Source of the DNA: Gemmatimonadales bacterium
GTDB taxonomy: Bacteria > Gemmatimonadota > Gemmatimonadetes > Gemmatimonadales > GWC2-71-9
Length of the DNA stretch: 64,000 nucleotides
Reading direction: 5' to 3'
NCBI GenBank assembly: GCA_035637355.1
Contig: DASPXJ010000016.1
Coordinates: 38,970-102,969, forward strand
Numbering within the stretch: position 1 is the stretch's first letter; each line of letters begins with the position of its first letter. Below, one piece after another: positions 62,802-64,000 of the stretch. The translations under genes and the position numbers were made by a program. A model generated the notes under the pieces. That model did no database searches, was not told where the DNA came from, and saw only the letters and a program-made list of their open reading frames with translations.

Positions 62802-62986
62802 TCAGAACAATCGCCGAGCGGATACAGGAACCCGCAATTCGGACACGGATTCTTGCAGCCCCAGGGCTTCGGCTGTACGTCGGCACCGCAGCGCATGCAC
62901 CGCGGCCGAGGTTTAGGCGCTGCGGTAGATGCGGTTGAGGAAGGGATTCGTGCGGCGCTCCCGTCCGATGGTCGTTTCGGGTCCAT
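62798..62986 (-). CDS. Small zinc-ribbon protein (CxxC...C-x3-CxxC)
   Basis: ...CMRCGADVQPKPWGCKNPCPNCGFLYPLGDCSD. The full CxxC pair requires the ATG at 62986, which overlaps the MBL gene 3' end by 74 nt. The alternative ATG 62896 gives 32 aa and loses the first Cys. Confidence 0.45.
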   Translation of the reverse strand: MDPKRPSDGSAARIPSSTASTAAPKPRPRCMRCGADVQPKPWGCKNPCPNCGFLYPLGDCSD

Positions 62987-63554
62987 GTCCGCTGTAAACG
63001 ATGGTATCGTCGGGGAGCGGGAGCAACTCGCGCTCGATGCTGGCGATCAGCGTTTCGTAGTCGCCGCCTGGGAGGTCAGTTCGTCCAATCGATCCGGCGA
63101 ACAGCACGTCGCCGGTGAAGACAACGCCATGGCCCACGATGCAGACGCTCCCGGGAGAGTGCCCGGGGGCGTGCCGCACGTCAAAGCTCAGACCGCCGAC
63201 CTTCAGGTGCTCGCCGGCAACCAGGTCGCGGTCGGGAGCGGGCTGTTGCTCGGGCGCGGCGAGACCGAACCATGCCGCCTGCTCCGCAACACCGTCATAC
63301 AGCGGGCGGTCAGCCGGATGCAGGCACACGATCGCCCCCGTCCGACGCGCGACTTCCGCCACGCCGAGCACGTGATCGACGTGCGCGTGGGTGAGCCAGA
63401 CGGCCACCGGCTGGGCACCCGACTGCTCGATCTTATGGAGAATCAGGCCCGCGTCCTGGCCGGGATCGACGATGGCGCACTGGCGCGTCTGCTCGTCGAT
63501 GACGAGAAAGCAGTTCTCGGCGAACATGCCGTTGGGGATCGGGACGATCTTCAC
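62913..63554 (-). CDS. MBL-fold metallo-hydrolase (glyoxalase II-like)
   Basis: ...LTHAHVDHVLG..., ...HAPGHSPGS..., ...GDVLFAGSIGRTD.... GTG 63554 overlaps the trxB TGA. Confidence 0.88.
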   Translation of the reverse strand: MKIVPIPNGMFAENCFLVIDEQTRQCAIVDPGQDAGLILHKIEQSGAQPVAVWLTHAHVDHVLGVAEVARRTGAIVCLHPADRPLYDGVAEQAAWFGLAAPEQQPAPDRDLVAGEHLKVGGLSFDVRHAPGHSPGSVCIVGHGVVFTGDVLFAGSIGRTDLPGGDYETLIASIERELLPLPDDTIVYSGHGPETTIGRERRTNPFLNRIYRSA

Positions 63555-64000
63555 TTCTTGCCTTTGCCGTCGCCCTGGTGCTCGCGCAGGGACTTGAGGT
63601 ACTTCTCGACGGCGATCGCCGCCGTCGTCGCATCGCCCACGGCCGTCGTGATCTGCCGCGTGACCTGACTCCGCACGTCGCCCGCGGCGAAGAGTCCCGC
63701 CATGGAGGTCATCATCCGGTTATCGGTGATCAGGTAGCCACCGGCATCGTGGTCCACGTGCCCTTCGACGAGCTGGGTATTCGGCTTGAACCCCGCAAAG
63801 ATGAACACACCGCCGACGTCGAGATTGGAGCGCTCGCCCGTCGTGCTGTGCTCGAGCACCGCATGCGTGACGCCTTTCACGTTGCCCACGATTTCCGGCA
63901 CGATCGTGTTACGAATGACCTCGATCTTCGGATTCGCGAACGCCCGCTGCTGCAGGAGCTTGGACGCGCGGAATTCGTCGCGGCGGTGCACCAGGTGCAC
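63551..64000 (-). CDS. trxB: Thioredoxin-disulfide reductase, C-terminal part (gene continues beyond the window)
   Basis: ...VFIFAGFKPNT..., ...GLFAAGDVRS...RQITTAVGDATTAAIAVEKYL.... Confidence 0.88.
   Translation of the reverse strand: MHLVHRRDEFRASKLLQQRAFANPKIEVIRNTIVPEIVGNVKGVTHAVLEHSTTGERSNLDVGGVFIFAGFKPNTQLVEGHVDHDAGGYLITDNRMMTSMAGLFAAGDVRSQVTRQITTAVGDATTAAIAVEKYLKSLREHQGDGKGKK

Overview
Very GC-rich bacterial chromosome segment. Third codon positions are almost all G/C, and long Arg/Ala/Pro-rich antisense ORFs are common artefacts. The gene content points to a diderm (Tol-Pal, BamD, LptD-like, Pal). A Gemmatimonadota-like lineage is my guess only. About 65 genes are packed almost without gaps, and nearly all lie on the minus strand; only rpmB, tRNA-Leu(CAG), a cupin gene and a transposase remnant are on plus. 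In minus-strand transcription order the window holds these blocks: trxB(partial)-MBL hydrolase-Zn ribbon-flippase-like; aspA-DUF1761; a lower-GC islet (Ig/hydrolase lipoprotein plus transposase remnant); Rrf2-moeZ; smpB-amidase-TPR lipoprotein-pyrD-pyrF; the rpmJ-rpsM-rpsK-rpsD-rpoA-rplQ operon; and a ~26 kb gap-free gene train. That train runs gmd-rmd-carB-murB-wbpD/E/B/A-ugd-uxs-epimerase-TPR-TPR-bamD-nadD-secA-radC-relA-uvrB-tsaE-tsaB-rimI. It is followed by ssb-LysM-ccsA-like-hemA-galE-tolQRAB-pal-ybgF, one 1164-codon frame joining TatC to an LptD-like protein, an Fn3 lipoprotein, hutHUI and a large TPR protein. I saw no CRISPR array, rRNA, intact mobile element or recognisable defence system. 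The most unusual items are: (1) the in-frame TatC::LptD-like ORF with an internal signal-peptide-like linker; (2) an octamer-repeat palindrome inside the tolB signal-peptide coding region at the tolA/tolB junction; (3) pervasive NTGA four-base stop/start overlaps, mostly GTGA; (4) nucleotide-sugar genes interleaved with carB/murB and carrying an 11-nt homopolymer; (5) a small lower-GC islet next to a decayed transposase fragment. All functional calls come from motifs I recognise in the supplied translations. No database search was run.
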